64,000 bases of DNA from Candidatus Methylomirabilota bacterium. GTDB lineage: Bacteria > Methylomirabilota > Methylomirabilia > Rokubacteriales > CSP1-6. The position numbers and the translations under genes are program-made. Where the stretch lies: contig DASYVT010000209.1 of assembly GCA_035936835.1 (NCBI GenBank), positions 11,627 through 75,626 of the forward strand, read 5' to 3'. A model generated the notes under the pieces. The model worked only from the letters and a program-made list of their open reading frames with translations. It had not been told where the DNA came from and made no database searches. Of this stretch, positions 47,597-59,882 are shown piece after piece (position 1 is the first letter of the stretch; each line of letters starts with the position of its first letter).

Positions 47597-47621
47597 CAGG
47601 TCGTGGTGACGCTCGTATACT
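47593..47621 (+). promoter_or_regulatory. consensus sigma-70-type promoter TTGACA-17-TATACT, followed by a ~95-nt leader before the guaB3-like gene
   Basis: Exact -35 hexamer, a 17-bp spacer and a 5/6 match at -10. The -35 overlaps the coaX stop codon. Confidence 0.5.
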
Positions 47622-47716
47622 CCCCCTAAATACGGTAGGGTCAGGCCGGCGGCTCTCTATATACGGGGCCTGGGGGGCGCGGCGGGGCCACTCGGGTCCG
47701 GAGAGGACGACAGCGC

Positions 47717-48877
47717 ATGGGCATGTGGGTGGGGCGCGGGCGCAAGGCCCGGGCGGCATACGGCTTCGACGACATCGCGCTGGCTCCAGGAGCGATCACC
47801 ATCAATCCCAACGAGGTGGACATCTCGTGGGAGCTCTGCGGCCGCAACTTTCAGATCCCCATCATCGCCGCGGCCATGGACGGCGTCGTCAGCCCCAAGC
47901 TCGCCATCGAGATGGGCCGCCTCGGCGGGCTCGCGGTGCTCAACCTCGAGGGCATCTTCTCGCGCTATGAGAACCCGGACGAGGTCCTCGACCGGATCAC
48001 CTCCGCCAGCCTCGAAGAAGCGACCAGGATCATCCAAGGGATCTACGGCGAGCCCATCAAGGAAGAGCTGATCCACAAGCGCATCTCGGAGATCAAGAAG
48101 GGCGGCGGGCCCGTCATGGTGTCGGCCATCCCGCAGCGCGCCGAGCGCTTCGCGAAGATCGCCGAGGAGGCCGGCGCGGACTTCTTCGTGGTCCAGTCCA
48201 CGGTCACGACAGCGCGGCACGTGGCGACTGAGTACACGCCGGTGGATCTCCGCGAGCTCAAGAAGCATCTGTCGATCCCCCTTATCATCGGCAACACGGT
48301 CACGTACGAGGCCTGCCTCGAGCTGATGGAGTGCGGAGCCGACGCGCTGCTGATCGGCGTGGGGCCCGGCGCCGCGTGCACCAGCCGAGAGGTGCTGGGG
48401 GTCGGCGTCCCGCAGGTGACGGCGACGGCCGACTCCGCCGCCGCCCGGGACTTCTACTACAAGCGGAAGGGGCGCTACGTGCCCATCATCACCGACGGCG
48501 GCATGACCACCGGTGGCGACATCTGCAAGGCCCTGGCCTCGGGCGCCGACGCGGTCATGATTGGCTCGGCCTTCGCGCGCGCCCAGGAGGCGCCGGGGCG
48601 CGGGTACCACTGGGGAATGGCGACGCCGCACTCGAACCTGCCGCGCGGGACGCGCATCCGGGTCGGGGTGTCGGGTCCGCTCGAGCAGATCCTTTTCGGT
48701 CCCGCCTTCACCGAGGACGGCACGCTGAACCTGGTCGGTGCGATCCGCACGTGCATGGGCTCGGTGGGCGCCATGAGCATCAAGGAGCTGCAGCAGACCG
48801 AGCTCATCATCGCCCCGTCCATCAAGACGGAAGGCAAGGTGTTCCAGCGCGCCCAGAAGCTCGGCACGCCCAGATAG
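47717..48877 (+). CDS. IMP dehydrogenase-family protein lacking CBS domains (GuaB3-like)
   Basis: TIM-barrel IMPDH blocks with the catalytic-Cys loop GVGPGAACTSREV. About 385 aa with no CBS insert. Close overall match to mycobacterial GuaB3-type paralogues. Confidence 0.8.
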   Translation: MGMWVGRGRKARAAYGFDDIALAPGAITINPNEVDISWELCGRNFQIPIIAAAMDGVVSPKLAIEMGRLGGLAVLNLEGIFSRYENPDEVLDRITSASLEEATRIIQGIYGEPIKEELIHKRISEIKKGGGPVMVSAIPQRAERFAKIAEEAGADFFVVQSTVTTARHVATEYTPVDLRELKKHLSIPLIIGNTVTYEACLELMECGADALLIGVGPGAACTSREVLGVGVPQVTATADSAAARDFYYKRKGRYVPIITDGGMTTGGDICKALASGADAVMIGSAFARAQEAPGRGYHWGMATPHSNLPRGTRIRVGVSGPLEQILFGPAFTEDGTLNLVGAIRTCMGSVGAMSIKELQQTELIIAPSIKTEGKVFQRAQKLGTPR

Positions 48878-48988
48878 CGGAGCGGCCGTTGCGCCCGCGC
48901 CACCCGGGAAAGATTCGAGGGACGGCGCCCCCGCCGGCGCCCCCGATGCGACGCAAGTTGTGTGAAGCGGTTCTCGCCCGGAGTCCCA

Positions 48989-50533
48989 ATGGATAAGATT
49001 TGCGTCCTGGATTTCGGCGCGCAGTACGCCCAGCTGATCGCTCGCCGCGTCCGTGAGTTGTCCGTCTATTCCGAGATCGTCCCCTGCACGGAGCCCGTGG
49101 AGAAGCTGCTGGCCGCCGGCTACAAGGGGATCATTCTCTCGGGCGGCCCATCGAGCGTCTACGACGACGGCGCCCCGCTGCCCGACAAGCGCCTCTTCGA
49201 GGCCGGCATCCCCATTCTCGGCATCTGCTACGGCATGCAGGCCATGGGTTACCTCCTCGGTGGAGAGGTCGTGCCGGCGGAGCGTCGCGAGTACGGCCCT
49301 GCTGACCTCCTGCTCGAAGGTGGCGGCGGAGGGCTGCTGGACGGGATGCGGCCTTCGGTGTCCGGCCGCGTCCGGGTGTGGATGAGCCACGGGGATACCG
49401 TGATGAAGCCGCCCCAGGGCTTCGTGCGGCTCGGTTCCACCGACAACTGTCCCGTGGCGGCCATGGCGGATGCCGACCGCAAGCTCTACGGCGTCCAGTT
49501 CCACCCTGAGGTGGCGCACACGGCCCAAGGCAAGACGGTGCTCCGGAACTTCCTGGCGGCATGCGGCGCCAAGGGCGACTGGTCCATGGCCTCCTTCATC
49601 GACACGGAGGTGGCGGCGATCCGGAAGACCGTGGGGCGGGATCGCGTCCTGTGCGCGCTCTCGGGAGGCGTGGACTCCTCGGTGGTCGCGGTCCTCCTCC
49701 ACAAGGCCATAGGGGAGCAGCTGACCTGCCTCTTCGTGGACAACGGTGTCCTGAGACATGGCGAGGTCGAGTCCGTCGTCTCCACGTTCAAGGATGCCTT
49801 CAAGATCAATCTCATTCATGTCGACGCAAGTAAGCGGTTTCTTGACCGGTTGCAGGGTGTGACGGATCCTGAGACCAAGCGCAAGCGTATCGGGAACGAG
49901 TTCATCGCCGTCTTCGAGGAGGAGGCGCGGAAGCTCGGCGAGATCCCTTGGCTCGCGCAGGGCACGCTGTATCCCGACGTCATCGAGTCGGTGTCTTTCA
50001 AGGGGCCCTCGGCTACCATCAAGACCCACCACAACGTGGGCGGGCTGCCCCCCGACATGAAGTTCAAGCTCATCGAGCCGCTCCGCGAGCTCTTCAAGGA
50101 CGAGGTCAGGGAAGTGGGCGGCCTGCTCGGGCTGCCGCGGGAGATCATCTGGCGCCAGCCCTTCCCGGGGCCGGGGCTCGCGATTCGCGTGGTGGGCGAG
50201 GTGATCCCAGAGCGCCTCGCCGTCCTCCGCGAGGCCGACGCGATCGTGCAAGAGGAAGTCCGGCGCGCGGGGCTCGAGCGCGAGATCTGGCAGGCGTTCG
50301 CCGTGCTGCTGCCGGTGCGGACCGTCGGGGTCATGGGCGACTTCCGCACCTACGCCGAGGTCATCGCGCTCCGGGCGGTGACCAGCCAGGACGCCATGAC
50401 GGCGGATTGGGCGCGGCTGCCCTACGAGCTGCTCGCCCACATCTCCTCGCGGATCATCAACGAGGTCAAGGGCGTCAACCGCGTCGTCTACGACATCTCC
50501 TCCAAGCCCCCCAGCACCATCGAATGGGAGTAG
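48989..50533 (+). CDS. guaA: GMP synthase (glutamine-hydrolysing)
   Basis: Class I glutamine amidotransferase N-terminus, PP-loop SGGVDSSV. Confidence 0.95.
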   Translation: MDKICVLDFGAQYAQLIARRVRELSVYSEIVPCTEPVEKLLAAGYKGIILSGGPSSVYDDGAPLPDKRLFEAGIPILGICYGMQAMGYLLGGEVVPAERREYGPADLLLEGGGGGLLDGMRPSVSGRVRVWMSHGDTVMKPPQGFVRLGSTDNCPVAAMADADRKLYGVQFHPEVAHTAQGKTVLRNFLAACGAKGDWSMASFIDTEVAAIRKTVGRDRVLCALSGGVDSSVVAVLLHKAIGEQLTCLFVDNGVLRHGEVESVVSTFKDAFKINLIHVDASKRFLDRLQGVTDPETKRKRIGNEFIAVFEEEARKLGEIPWLAQGTLYPDVIESVSFKGPSATIKTHHNVGGLPPDMKFKLIEPLRELFKDEVREVGGLLGLPREIIWRQPFPGPGLAIRVVGEVIPERLAVLREADAIVQEEVRRAGLEREIWQAFAVLLPVRTVGVMGDFRTYAEVIALRAVTSQDAMTADWARLPYELLAHISSRIINEVKGVNRVVYDISSKPPSTIEWE

Positions 50534-53500
50534 GAGACTCCGCAAAAGCCGGCGCGCCGCGCGCCGACTTCGTTCACCTCCACGTCCACTCGGAGTACAG
50601 CCTTCTCGACGGCGCGGCCCAGCTCGAGAAGGTCGAGCGGGTTGGCGGGCAGGGGAAGAAGGAGAAGGACGTCGGCCTCATCGCGCGGGCCGCCGAGCTC
50701 GGCTTCCCGGCCCTCGCCCTGACCGACCACGGCAACCTCTTCGGCGCCATCGACTTCTACACCGCCTGCAGGGGCGCCGGCGTTAAACCCATAATCGGCT
50801 GCGAGCTCTACGTGGCGCCCGGCAGCCGCTTCGAGCGGTCGGGGCAGGACGGCGGCTACGAGGGCGCGAGCCACGCGACGGTGTTGGTCAGGAACGAGGC
50901 GGGTTACCGCAACCTGATCAGGCTCGTCTCCAAGGCCTACCTCGAGGGCTTTTACTACAAGCCGCGCGTGGACCGCGAGCTGCTGGCCCAGCACGCCGAG
51001 GGGCTCCTTGTCCTCTCAGGCTGCCTGAACTCCGAGGTGAGCCGCCTGCTCTCGGCCGGGGAGGACGCCAAGGCCCGCGAGACGGCCGGCTGGTACCAGG
51101 GGGTCTTCGGCAAGGACTTCTACTTCATGGAGGTCCAGTCGCATGGAATAGAAGAGCAGTCGCGGGTGACCGAGGGCACGGTCAAGATCGCCAGGGAGCT
51201 GGGCGCGCCGCTCTGCGGCACCAACGATTCGCACTACGTCGACGCAGGGCACGCGAAGGCTCACGAGGCACTGCTCTGCATCCAGACGGGGTCGAGCATG
51301 AGCGACCCGAACCGGTGGCGCTTCTCGACCGAGGAGTTCTATCTCAAGTCCGCCGACGAGATGCGCGCCGTCTTCAAAGACCTGCCCGAAGCCTATCGCA
51401 ATACCCTGGCCGTCGCCGAGCGCTGCGACCTCGAGCTTGCCTTCGGGCAGTTCCACCTGCCGAAGTACGACGTGCCGGCCGGCCACACGCTCGACTCCTA
51501 CCTCGAGCACCTGGCCTTCGAGGGACTCACGCGGCGCTACGGCGGATCGCCCGCCGACGCCTTTGTGGAGCGGCTCCGCTACGAGCTCTCGGTCGTGTCC
51601 AAGATGGGCTTCTCGGGCTACTTCCTCGTCGTGTGGGACTTCATCACCTTCGCGCGGCGCCAGGGCATCGCGGTCGGTCCAGGGCGCGGATCCTCCGCGG
51701 GGTCGCTCGTCGCCTACTGTCTCGGCATCACCAACGTCGACCCGGTGGGCTACGGGCTCCTGTTCGAGCGCTTTCTCAACCCCGAGCGCGTCTCCATGCC
51801 CGACATGGACATCGACTTCGCCGACGACCGTCGCGACGAGGTCATCCGCTACGTCGCGGAGCGCTACGGCGCGGATCGGGTCGCCCACATCATTACGTTC
51901 GGCACGATGGGCGCCAAGGCGGTGATCCGGGACGTCGCACGGGTGATGGGGTTCCCCTTCGGCGAGGCCGATCGGATCGCGAAGCTGGTGCCGGCTTTCC
52001 CCCTCAACATCACCCTGGACGAGGCGCTCGAGAAAGCGCCGGCGCTGGCCGAGCAGGTCAAGCGCGATCCGCGCGTGGGAGAGCTCTGGGCCGTGGCGCG
52101 GACCCTCGAGGGGTGCACGCGGCACGCCTCGGTCCACGCCTCGGCCGTGGTCATCTCGGACGAGCCCCTGATGGAGCGGGTGCCGCTCTACAAGGACCCG
52201 AAACGGCCCGAGCTGATCACCGGCTTCGCCATGGGCCCGATCGAGAAGCTCGGCCTGCTGAAGATGGACTTCCTCGGTCTCCGCACGCTCACCGTGATTG
52301 CGGACGCGGTTCGGCTCGTCAAGGAGTCGAAGGGCCTCCAGCTCGACCCCGAGGCGCTGCCGCTCGACGACGCGCCCACGTACCAGATGCTCTCGGAGGC
52401 CAAGACCTTCGGGGTGTTCCAGCTGGAATCGGCGGGCATGCGGGACGCGCTTAAGAGCCTGAAGCCCACGAGGATCCAGGACATCATCGCCATGGTGTCG
52501 CTCTACCGGCCCGGCCCGATGGAGCTGATCCCGGAATTCGTCGACCGCAAGCACGGCCGCAAGCCGATCACCTATGAGCACCCGCTCATGGAGAAGCACC
52601 TCCAGGAAACGTACGGAATCATGGTCTACCAGGAGCAGGTCATGGGGCTCGCGGCCGAGCTCGCGGGCTTCACCCTTGGCGAGGCCGACACGCTCCGGAA
52701 GGCGATGGGCAAGAAGGACCGCGAGCTCATGGCCGCGCAGAAGGCGAAATTCCTCGTGGGCTGCCGCGCCAACGAGCTCGACGGGCGCAAGGCCGAACGG
52801 GTCTGGGACCTCATCGAAAAGTTCGCCGGCTATGGCTTCAACAAGTCGCACGGCGCCTGCTACGGACTCGTCGCCTACCAGACCGCGTACCTCAAGGCCA
52901 ACCATCCCGTCGAGTTCATGGCCGCCCTCCTCACGTCGGAAATGGAGAAGACGGACAAGATCGTCCAGTACATGGAGGAGTGCCGGAGCATGGGGCTGCG
53001 CGTCGAGGCCCCCGACGTCAACGTGTCGGGTGCGCGCTTCACCGTGGTGGGCGAGGCGATCCCCTTCGGCCTGGCCGCCATCAAGAACGTCGGCGGCTCG
53101 GCCATCGAATCCATCGTCAAGACCCGGAACGAGGCGGGACGCTTCTCATCGATCGGCGACTTTTGCGCCCGCGTCGATCTCCGGCTCGTCAACCGCCGGG
53201 TGGTGGAGAGTCTCATCAAGGCCGGCGCGTTCGACTCTCTCGGCGGGACGCGGGCGGGGCTCTTGTCCGGTCTCGACCAGGCCATGGAGGCGGGCCAGCG
53301 CAGCCAGCGCGATCGTGAGGAAGGACAGGGCTCGCTCTTCGAGGGGCTGGGCGGCCCGAAGGCTGCGCCGGCCGCGGCGCCGCGGCCAGCCGAGACCCGG
53401 GTGCCGGAATGGCCGAGTGAGGAGCTGCTGGCCGCCGAGAAAGAGGTGCTGGGCTTCTACCTGTCCGGCCACCCACTCGACGGCTACCGCGACCTCGCCG

Positions 53501-54168
53501 CGCGGCTCAAGACCGTGTCGGCCCTCGAGCTGGCGGCGCGGCCCGCGGCCTCCCGGGTGCTCCTGCTGGGCCTGGTCGGCGCGCTGACGGAGAACGCGAC
53601 CAAGAGCGGCAACCGCATGGCCTTCGCCACGCTGGAGCTGGTGGACGGCTCGGTGCCGCTGACGGTCTTCCCCGAGCCCTACCGCGCTTGCTCGGTCGCG
53701 TTGAGACACCGGGGCCCCGTGCTGGTGCGGGGCCGGATCGACGACAGCGACAAGGGGCGCGTGGTGCTGGCCGAGGAAGTCAAGCCGCTCGACGAGGCCA
53801 CGATCGCCGCCGCGCGGGCGCCGGAGAACAGCGAGACCACAGCCCCCAACGGGTCGGACGCCGGGGCGTTAGGCGCCCGGCGGGGCGAGGACGGGGCGCA
53901 CACCTGTAGAATTCGCGTGCACGCGGGACCCGGCGGTCCCCCCGGCGTTCCCCCCGGCGTTCCCGATGAAGCGCTCGCTTCCGTCCGCGGCATCTGCGAA
54001 GCGCACCCGGGGCCCACGCCGGTGTTCGTGCACGTGCTGCTGGCGGACCAGGAGGTCGTGGTGCGCGCCAAGGGGCTGTCGGTCGCGCCGGAGCCGGAGC
54101 TGGTGGCGAAAATCGAAAGCCTGCTCGGGCCGGGCAGTATACTCGTCGAGTATGCCGGACGAGCTTGA
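50524..54168 (+). CDS. dnaE: DNA polymerase III alpha subunit
   Basis: PHP domain ([15 protein letters not shown]), polymerase core, OB fold. About 1214 aa. Confidence 0.95.
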   Translation: MGVGDSAKAGAPRADFVHLHVHSEYSLLDGAAQLEKVERVGGQGKKEKDVGLIARAAELGFPALALTDHGNLFGAIDFYTACRGAGVKPIIGCELYVAPGSRFERSGQDGGYEGASHATVLVRNEAGYRNLIRLVSKAYLEGFYYKPRVDRELLAQHAEGLLVLSGCLNSEVSRLLSAGEDAKARETAGWYQGVFGKDFYFMEVQSHGIEEQSRVTEGTVKIARELGAPLCGTNDSHYVDAGHAKAHEALLCIQTGSSMSDPNRWRFSTEEFYLKSADEMRAVFKDLPEAYRNTLAVAERCDLELAFGQFHLPKYDVPAGHTLDSYLEHLAFEGLTRRYGGSPADAFVERLRYELSVVSKMGFSGYFLVVWDFITFARRQGIAVGPGRGSSAGSLVAYCLGITNVDPVGYGLLFERFLNPERVSMPDMDIDFADDRRDEVIRYVAERYGADRVAHIITFGTMGAKAVIRDVARVMGFPFGEADRIAKLVPAFPLNITLDEALEKAPALAEQVKRDPRVGELWAVARTLEGCTRHASVHASAVVISDEPLMERVPLYKDPKRPELITGFAMGPIEKLGLLKMDFLGLRTLTVIADAVRLVKESKGLQLDPEALPLDDAPTYQMLSEAKTFGVFQLESAGMRDALKSLKPTRIQDIIAMVSLYRPGPMELIPEFVDRKHGRKPITYEHPLMEKHLQETYGIMVYQEQVMGLAAELAGFTLGEADTLRKAMGKKDRELMAAQKAKFLVGCRANELDGRKAERVWDLIEKFAGYGFNKSHGACYGLVAYQTAYLKANHPVEFMAALLTSEMEKTDKIVQYMEECRSMGLRVEAPDVNVSGARFTVVGEAIPFGLAAIKNVGGSAIESIVKTRNEAGRFSSIGDFCARVDLRLVNRRVVESLIKAGAFDSLGGTRAGLLSGLDQAMEAGQRSQRDREEGQGSLFEGLGGPKAAPAAAPRPAETRVPEWPSEELLAAEKEVLGFYLSGHPLDGYRDLAARLKTVSALELAARPAASRVLLLGLVGALTENATKSGNRMAFATLELVDGSVPLTVFPEPYRACSVALRHRGPVLVRGRIDDSDKGRVVLAEEVKPLDEATIAAARAPENSETTAPNGSDAGALGARRGEDGAHTCRIRVHAGPGGPPGVPPGVPDEALASVRGICEAHPGPTPVFVHVLLADQEVVVRAKGLSVAPEPELVAKIESLLGPGSILVEYAGRA

Positions 54169-55105
54169 GTTCGAGCGGCCGCTTCTGGAGCTCGAGAACC
54201 GTATCGCCGAGCTCCGCGCCTCGGACGACGCGCAGGGCGCGCGCGACGAGATCGGCCGTCTCGATGAGCGTCTGAAGCGCCTCCAGCAGAAGGTCTACGG
54301 CAGCCTGACCCCGTGGCAGCGGGCCCAGCTCGCCCGGCATCCGAAGCGGCCCCACACGCTCGACCTGTTCCGCCTCCTCCTCGAGGATTTCGTCGAGCTG
54401 CACGGAGATCGCGTCTTCGGCGACGACAAGGCCATCGTGGGCGGGCTCGCGCGCTTCGAGGGCGACCCGGTCGTCGCCATCGGCCACCAGAAGGGGCGCG
54501 ACACCCGGGAGAACATCGCGCGCAACTTCGGCATGCCGCACCCCGAGGGATACCGCAAGGCCCTGCGACTCATGGAGCTCGGGGCCAAGTTCCGCAAGCC
54601 CATCATCACGTTCATCGACACGCCCGGCGCCTACCCGGGGCGCGGCGCGGAAGAGCGCGGCCAGGCGGAAGCCATCGCGCGCAACTTGAGCGAGATGGCC
54701 GGGCTGGGCACGCCGATCGTCTGCGTCGTGACGGGTGAAGGGGGCAGCGGCGGCGCCCTCGCCATCGGCGTGGCGAATCGCATCCTGATGCTCGAGTACG
54801 CGATCTACTCCGTCATCTCCCCCGAGGGCTGCGCGGCCATCCTCTGGGGCGAGGCCACGAAAGCGCCCGAGGCCGCGGAGCTCATGCGCATCACGGCGCC
54901 GGACCTTCTCAGGCTCGGCGTCATCGACGGCATCGTGCCCGAGCCGACCGGCGGCGCCCACCGGAACTGGGAGGAGACGGCCGCGAACCTCCGCGGCCCG
55001 CTCCGGGACGTCCTCTGGGAGCTCCGCTCGCGCACGTCGGAGGAGCTGGTCGCCGAGCGCTACGAGAAGTTCCGCAAGATCGGCGTGTTCGAGGAGAGCG
55101 CCTGA
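54152..55105 (+). CDS. accA: acetyl-CoA carboxylase carboxyltransferase subunit alpha
   Basis: Full-length AccA similarity. The start overlaps the dnaE 3' end by 17 nt. Confidence 0.9.
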   Translation: MPDELEFERPLLELENRIAELRASDDAQGARDEIGRLDERLKRLQQKVYGSLTPWQRAQLARHPKRPHTLDLFRLLLEDFVELHGDRVFGDDKAIVGGLARFEGDPVVAIGHQKGRDTRENIARNFGMPHPEGYRKALRLMELGAKFRKPIITFIDTPGAYPGRGAEERGQAEAIARNLSEMAGLGTPIVCVVTGEGGSGGALAIGVANRILMLEYAIYSVISPEGCAAILWGEATKAPEAAELMRITAPDLLRLGVIDGIVPEPTGGAHRNWEETAANLRGPLRDVLWELRSRTSEELVAERYEKFRKIGVFEESA

Positions 55106-55164
55106 TCGCTGCACCGCTGTTTGACAGGCTCTGGGGCCGATGCTAACGTAAGTGCCGATCTTGT

Positions 55165-56532
<1,368 letters not shown>

Positions 56533-56546
56533 GGGAGGGGACGCCC

Positions 56547-57080
56547 ATGTGGCTCGAGATGAAGGTCAAGGGACTGGCGCTGGACCCTCTCTCCAACATG
56601 CCGATCATCATCCTGCGCGACGAGGAGGAGAAGCGCTCGCTGCCCATCTGGGTCGGGCTCTTCGAGGCCAACGCCATCGCGCTCGAGCTCGAGAAGATCT
56701 CGACGGCGCGGCCCATGACGCACGACCTGATCAAGAACATCCTCGAGGCGCTCGACGCCCGCGTGGTCAAGGTCGAGGTCAACGACCTCCGGGAGAACAC
56801 CTTCTTCGCGGTCATCCACCTCCAGCTGGGATCGGCCGAGATCACCGTCGACTCGCGCCCGTCGGACGCCATCGCGCTCGCGCTCAGGGTGTCGGCCCCG
56901 ATCTTCGTGGACGAGGAAGTCGTGGCCAAGGCCAAGAACGTCGAGGTCGCCAAGGAGCAGGAGCTCGGCGGCAGCAAGACCGACGACCAGGCGAAGATCA
57001 AGGAATGGCTCGATTCCATCAAGCCGGGAGACTTCGGCAAGATCGAGCGCGGCCGTGATCCCAACGCCCCGGATGACTAG
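56547..57080 (+). CDS. bifunctional nuclease (BFN / DUF151) family protein
   Basis: Domain similarity across MWLEMKVKGLALDP...PIWVG...AIALAL. GGGGAGGGG RBS. Confidence 0.75.
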   Translation: MWLEMKVKGLALDPLSNMPIIILRDEEEKRSLPIWVGLFEANAIALELEKISTARPMTHDLIKNILEALDARVVKVEVNDLRENTFFAVIHLQLGSAEITVDSRPSDAIALALRVSAPIFVDEEVVAKAKNVEVAKEQELGGSKTDDQAKIKEWLDSIKPGDFGKIERGRDPNAPDD

Positions 57081-57083
57081 CGG

Positions 57084-58232
57084 ATGCGCGTCGGCCTGTT
57101 CACGAACAACTACCTGCCGTTCCGCGGGGGTGTCACCACCGCGGTAGAGACGCTGCGGCAGGGGCTCGAGGCGCAGGGACATCGGGCCTGGGTCTTCGCG
57201 CCGGCGTCGAGCGCGCCCCACGACGATCCCGCCTTTGTCTTCCGCTACCCCTCGGTGCCCGCGCCGACCTATCCGGGCTTCGCCCTGCCGCTGCCCTTCT
57301 CGAGGCGCTGGAGCCGCGCGGCGCTGGCCCTCGACCTCGACATCTTCCACGCCCAGCATCCGTTCCTCCTCGGCGTGACGGCTCGTCGACTCGCCCGCTG
57401 CCAAGGCCGCCCGCTCGTCTTCACCTACCACACCCGCTACGAGAAGTACGCCCACTACGTGCCGCTCCCGGAACCCCTGGTCGCCTCGCTCGCGGTCAGG
57501 CTCGCCTCCCGCTTCGCCGGCGCAGCAGATCTCGTGATCGCCCCTTCGGCCCGGATCGCCGAGAGCCTCGCGGACCTCGGCGTGCGCGCGCCGATCGCCG
57601 TCGTGCCTACTGGAGTGCCGCTCGATCTCTTCCGTCCGGGCGATCGGGGGGAGGCGAGGCGAGCTCTCGGCCTGGACGAGGACGCGCCGCTGTGCCTCTA
57701 CGTCGGCCGCCTCGATCGCGAGAAGAGCGTGGAGCGCGTGATCGACGCGTTCGGCTCGATCGCCCTGGCCGTGTCGGGGGCGCGGCTTCTTCTCGTGGGG
57801 CAGGGAAGCCACGAGGCGGCCCTCAGGCGCCTCGCCGCGGCAAGCCCTGCGAGCGAAGCCATCTGTTTCGCCGGCTCGGTCGCCCGGGAAGAGCTGCCGC
57901 CGTACTACCAGGCGGCCGACCTCTTCCTCTTCTCCTCCGAGACCGAGACCCAGGGTCTCGTGCTGGCCGAGGCGCACGCCTGCGGGCTGCCCGCCGTCGC
58001 GGTCCGCGCCTCGGGCGTCGACGAGGTCGTGAGGGACGGCGAGACCGGGCTTTTGACGAAGGCCGATACCGAAGAGCTGGCCGACGCGGCCATCGGACTC
58101 CTGCTGGACGCTCCCCGGCGAAGCGCCATGGCGCTCGCCGCGCGTGCTCTCGCGGCGAGCGATTTTTCCGCGTCGCGCCAGGTCGAGGTCATGGCCGGGC
58201 ACTACCTGCGTCTCCTGGGCGGTTTCGCGTGA
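57084..58232 (+). CDS. glycosyltransferase family 4 (GT-B) protein
   Basis: N-terminal Glyco_trans_4 region and C-terminal Glycos_transf_1 region with the E-x7-E motif (ETQGLVLAEA). Confidence 0.8.
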   Translation: MRVGLFTNNYLPFRGGVTTAVETLRQGLEAQGHRAWVFAPASSAPHDDPAFVFRYPSVPAPTYPGFALPLPFSRRWSRAALALDLDIFHAQHPFLLGVTARRLARCQGRPLVFTYHTRYEKYAHYVPLPEPLVASLAVRLASRFAGAADLVIAPSARIAESLADLGVRAPIAVVPTGVPLDLFRPGDRGEARRALGLDEDAPLCLYVGRLDREKSVERVIDAFGSIALAVSGARLLLVGQGSHEAALRRLAAASPASEAICFAGSVAREELPPYYQAADLFLFSSETETQGLVLAEAHACGLPAVAVRASGVDEVVRDGETGLLTKADTEELADAAIGLLLDAPRRSAMALAARALAASDFSASRQVEVMAGHYLRLLGGFA

Positions 58233-58504
58233 GCCCGGCGGGCGTCTCCGGTCGGTGGCTCCGGGCCGCGTTCCAGCCCGCATGGGATCCTGGGGCCGGG
58301 GACGCGGGACGGCGCGGGTTCATGGCGCCCGACCCCCGGGCGCGGACGCTGCTGCGGGTGTTGGTCTCGTACCCGGAGGTGCGCTACGTCCTCCCGGACC
58401 GCGTGGGCCTCACGGCCGGCGCCGACGCCCGCCTGATCGAGACCTTGATGCGCTTCCTGGGGCGCCAGGGATGGCTCATCACGCGCGTGACGTCCTCCGG
58501 TTGA
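58229..58504 (+). CDS. hypothetical small protein (91 aa)
   Basis: GTG-initiated ORF overlapping the GT4 stop. Its stop codon lies in the first copy of the tandem repeat. Weak support. Confidence 0.25.
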   Translation: MSPAGVSGRWLRAAFQPAWDPGAGDAGRRGFMAPDPRARTLLRVLVSYPEVRYVLPDRVGLTAGADARLIETLMRFLGRQGWLITRVTSSG

Positions 58505-58578
58505 GACCCAACCCTTGATCTGGCGCTTGAGACCCAACCCTTGATCTGGCGCTTGAGACTCAGCCCGTGATCTGGAAC
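58501..58578. repeat. 3 x 26-bp tandem direct repeat (TTGAGACCCAACCCTTGATCTGGCGC x2 perfect, third copy 21/26) whose last copy contains the GTG start of the PaaK-like gene
   Basis: Direct reading of the sequence. The unit resembles the 5' end of the downstream gene (GTGATCTGG...GCGCTCGAGAGCC). Confidence 0.9.
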
Positions 58579-59880
58579 CCGGCGCTCGAGAGCCTGCCCC
58601 GCGATTCGATGCGCGCGATGCAGCTCGAGCGTCTCCGCGCGGCGGTGGCGTGGGCGGGCGAGCGCGTGCCGTTCTACCGGAACGCCCTCGCCGAGGCCGG
58701 CGTGGAGCCCTCCACGCTCAAGAGCCTCGAGGACCTCGAGCGGCTGCCCTTCACCCGCAAGGCGCATCTCCGCGAGCACTATCCGTGGGGGCTCTTCGCG
58801 GTGCCGCAGTCCCAGCTCGCGCGGATCCATGCCTCGTCAGGCACCAAGGGCAAGCCGACCGTGGTCGGCTACACGCGAAACGACCTCCTTATTTGGCGAG
58901 AAGTCATGGCCCGCTCCCTCGCGGCGGGGGGCGCCGAGCCCGGCCAGCTCATCCAGATCGCGTACGGCTACGGGCTCTTCACGGGAGGCCTGGGCTTCCA
59001 CGACGGCGCCGAGCACATGGGCTTGACCGTCGTGCCCGTGTCCTCGGGGAATACGCTCCGGCAGATCCTGCTGCTTCAGGATTTTCGGCCCCAGGGCCTG
59101 GCCTGCACGCCGTCATTCGCGCTCCACATCGGCGAGACGATGCGCGAGCAGGGGATAGACCCGCGGAGCGTCGGCCTCCGGTACGGGCTCCTCGGCGCCG
59201 AGCCCTGGACGGAAGGCCTGCGGCGACAGATCGAGGCGCTGTGGGGTATCCACGCGGTCGACTTCTACGGGCTCAGCGAGATCATCGGGCCCGGCGTCGC
59301 GACGGAGTGTGCCGAGGGGCGGGACGGCCTCCACGTCAACGAGGACCACTTCCTGCCCGAGGTGGTGGACCCGGGGACGGGCGAGCCGCTGCCGGCGGGC
59401 ACGGAGGGCGAGCTCGTCCTGACCTGTCTCACCAAGCGGGCGCTGCCCATCCTCCGGTACAGGACGGGCGACGTGACGCGCCTCGATTTCGAGCCGTGCC
59501 GCTGCGGCAGGACCACGGTGCGGATGGCACGCATCAAGGGCCGCACCGACGACATGCTGGTGATCAAGGGCGTCAACGTGTACCCCTCCCAGCTCGAGGC
59601 GGCGCTGTTGACCTTGCCGGACCTGGCACCGCACTATCAGCTCGTGGTGGACCGCGGCAAAGGCTTCCCGACCATCGAGGTGCACGTCGAGCCCTCCGAA
59701 GAGCGCGTGCGCGCATGGGGCGGCTTCGACTCGGCGCGGCCGGAGGTCGTCGCGCTGTCGCTGCGGGTAGGGGAGCTGCTCCGTGCCCACCTGGGCCTCA
59801 ACCCCGAAGTCGCCATCGTACCGCCCAAGACCATTCCCCGCAGCGAGGGGAAGGCGGTGCGGGTCGTGGAAAGGAGCTGA
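58567..59880 (+). CDS. paaK: phenylacetate-CoA ligase family (PaaK / coenzyme F390 synthetase / CapK-like) adenylate-forming enzyme
   Basis: SSGTKGKPT AMP-binding motif, YGLSE, GD motif, about 435 aa. Confidence 0.8.
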   Translation: MIWNPALESLPRDSMRAMQLERLRAAVAWAGERVPFYRNALAEAGVEPSTLKSLEDLERLPFTRKAHLREHYPWGLFAVPQSQLARIHASSGTKGKPTVVGYTRNDLLIWREVMARSLAAGGAEPGQLIQIAYGYGLFTGGLGFHDGAEHMGLTVVPVSSGNTLRQILLLQDFRPQGLACTPSFALHIGETMREQGIDPRSVGLRYGLLGAEPWTEGLRRQIEALWGIHAVDFYGLSEIIGPGVATECAEGRDGLHVNEDHFLPEVVDPGTGEPLPAGTEGELVLTCLTKRALPILRYRTGDVTRLDFEPCRCGRTTVRMARIKGRTDDMLVIKGVNVYPSQLEAALLTLPDLAPHYQLVVDRGKGFPTIEVHVEPSEERVRAWGGFDSARPEVVALSLRVGELLRAHLGLNPEVAIVPPKTIPRSEGKAVRVVERS

Positions 59881-59882
59881 CC

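Noticed and set aside
55106-55164. TTGACA-17-TAACGT promoter upstream of miaB
   Set aside because: The -10 hexamer matches only 3/6 of the consensus. It may be real but the support is too weak to list as a feature.
58650-59882. Upstream 400-aa extension of the PaaA-like ORF in the same frame
   Set aside because: It is out of frame with the conserved PaaK-like protein that occupies this DNA. The PaaA-like homology begins at the ATG at 59883, directly after the paaK stop.
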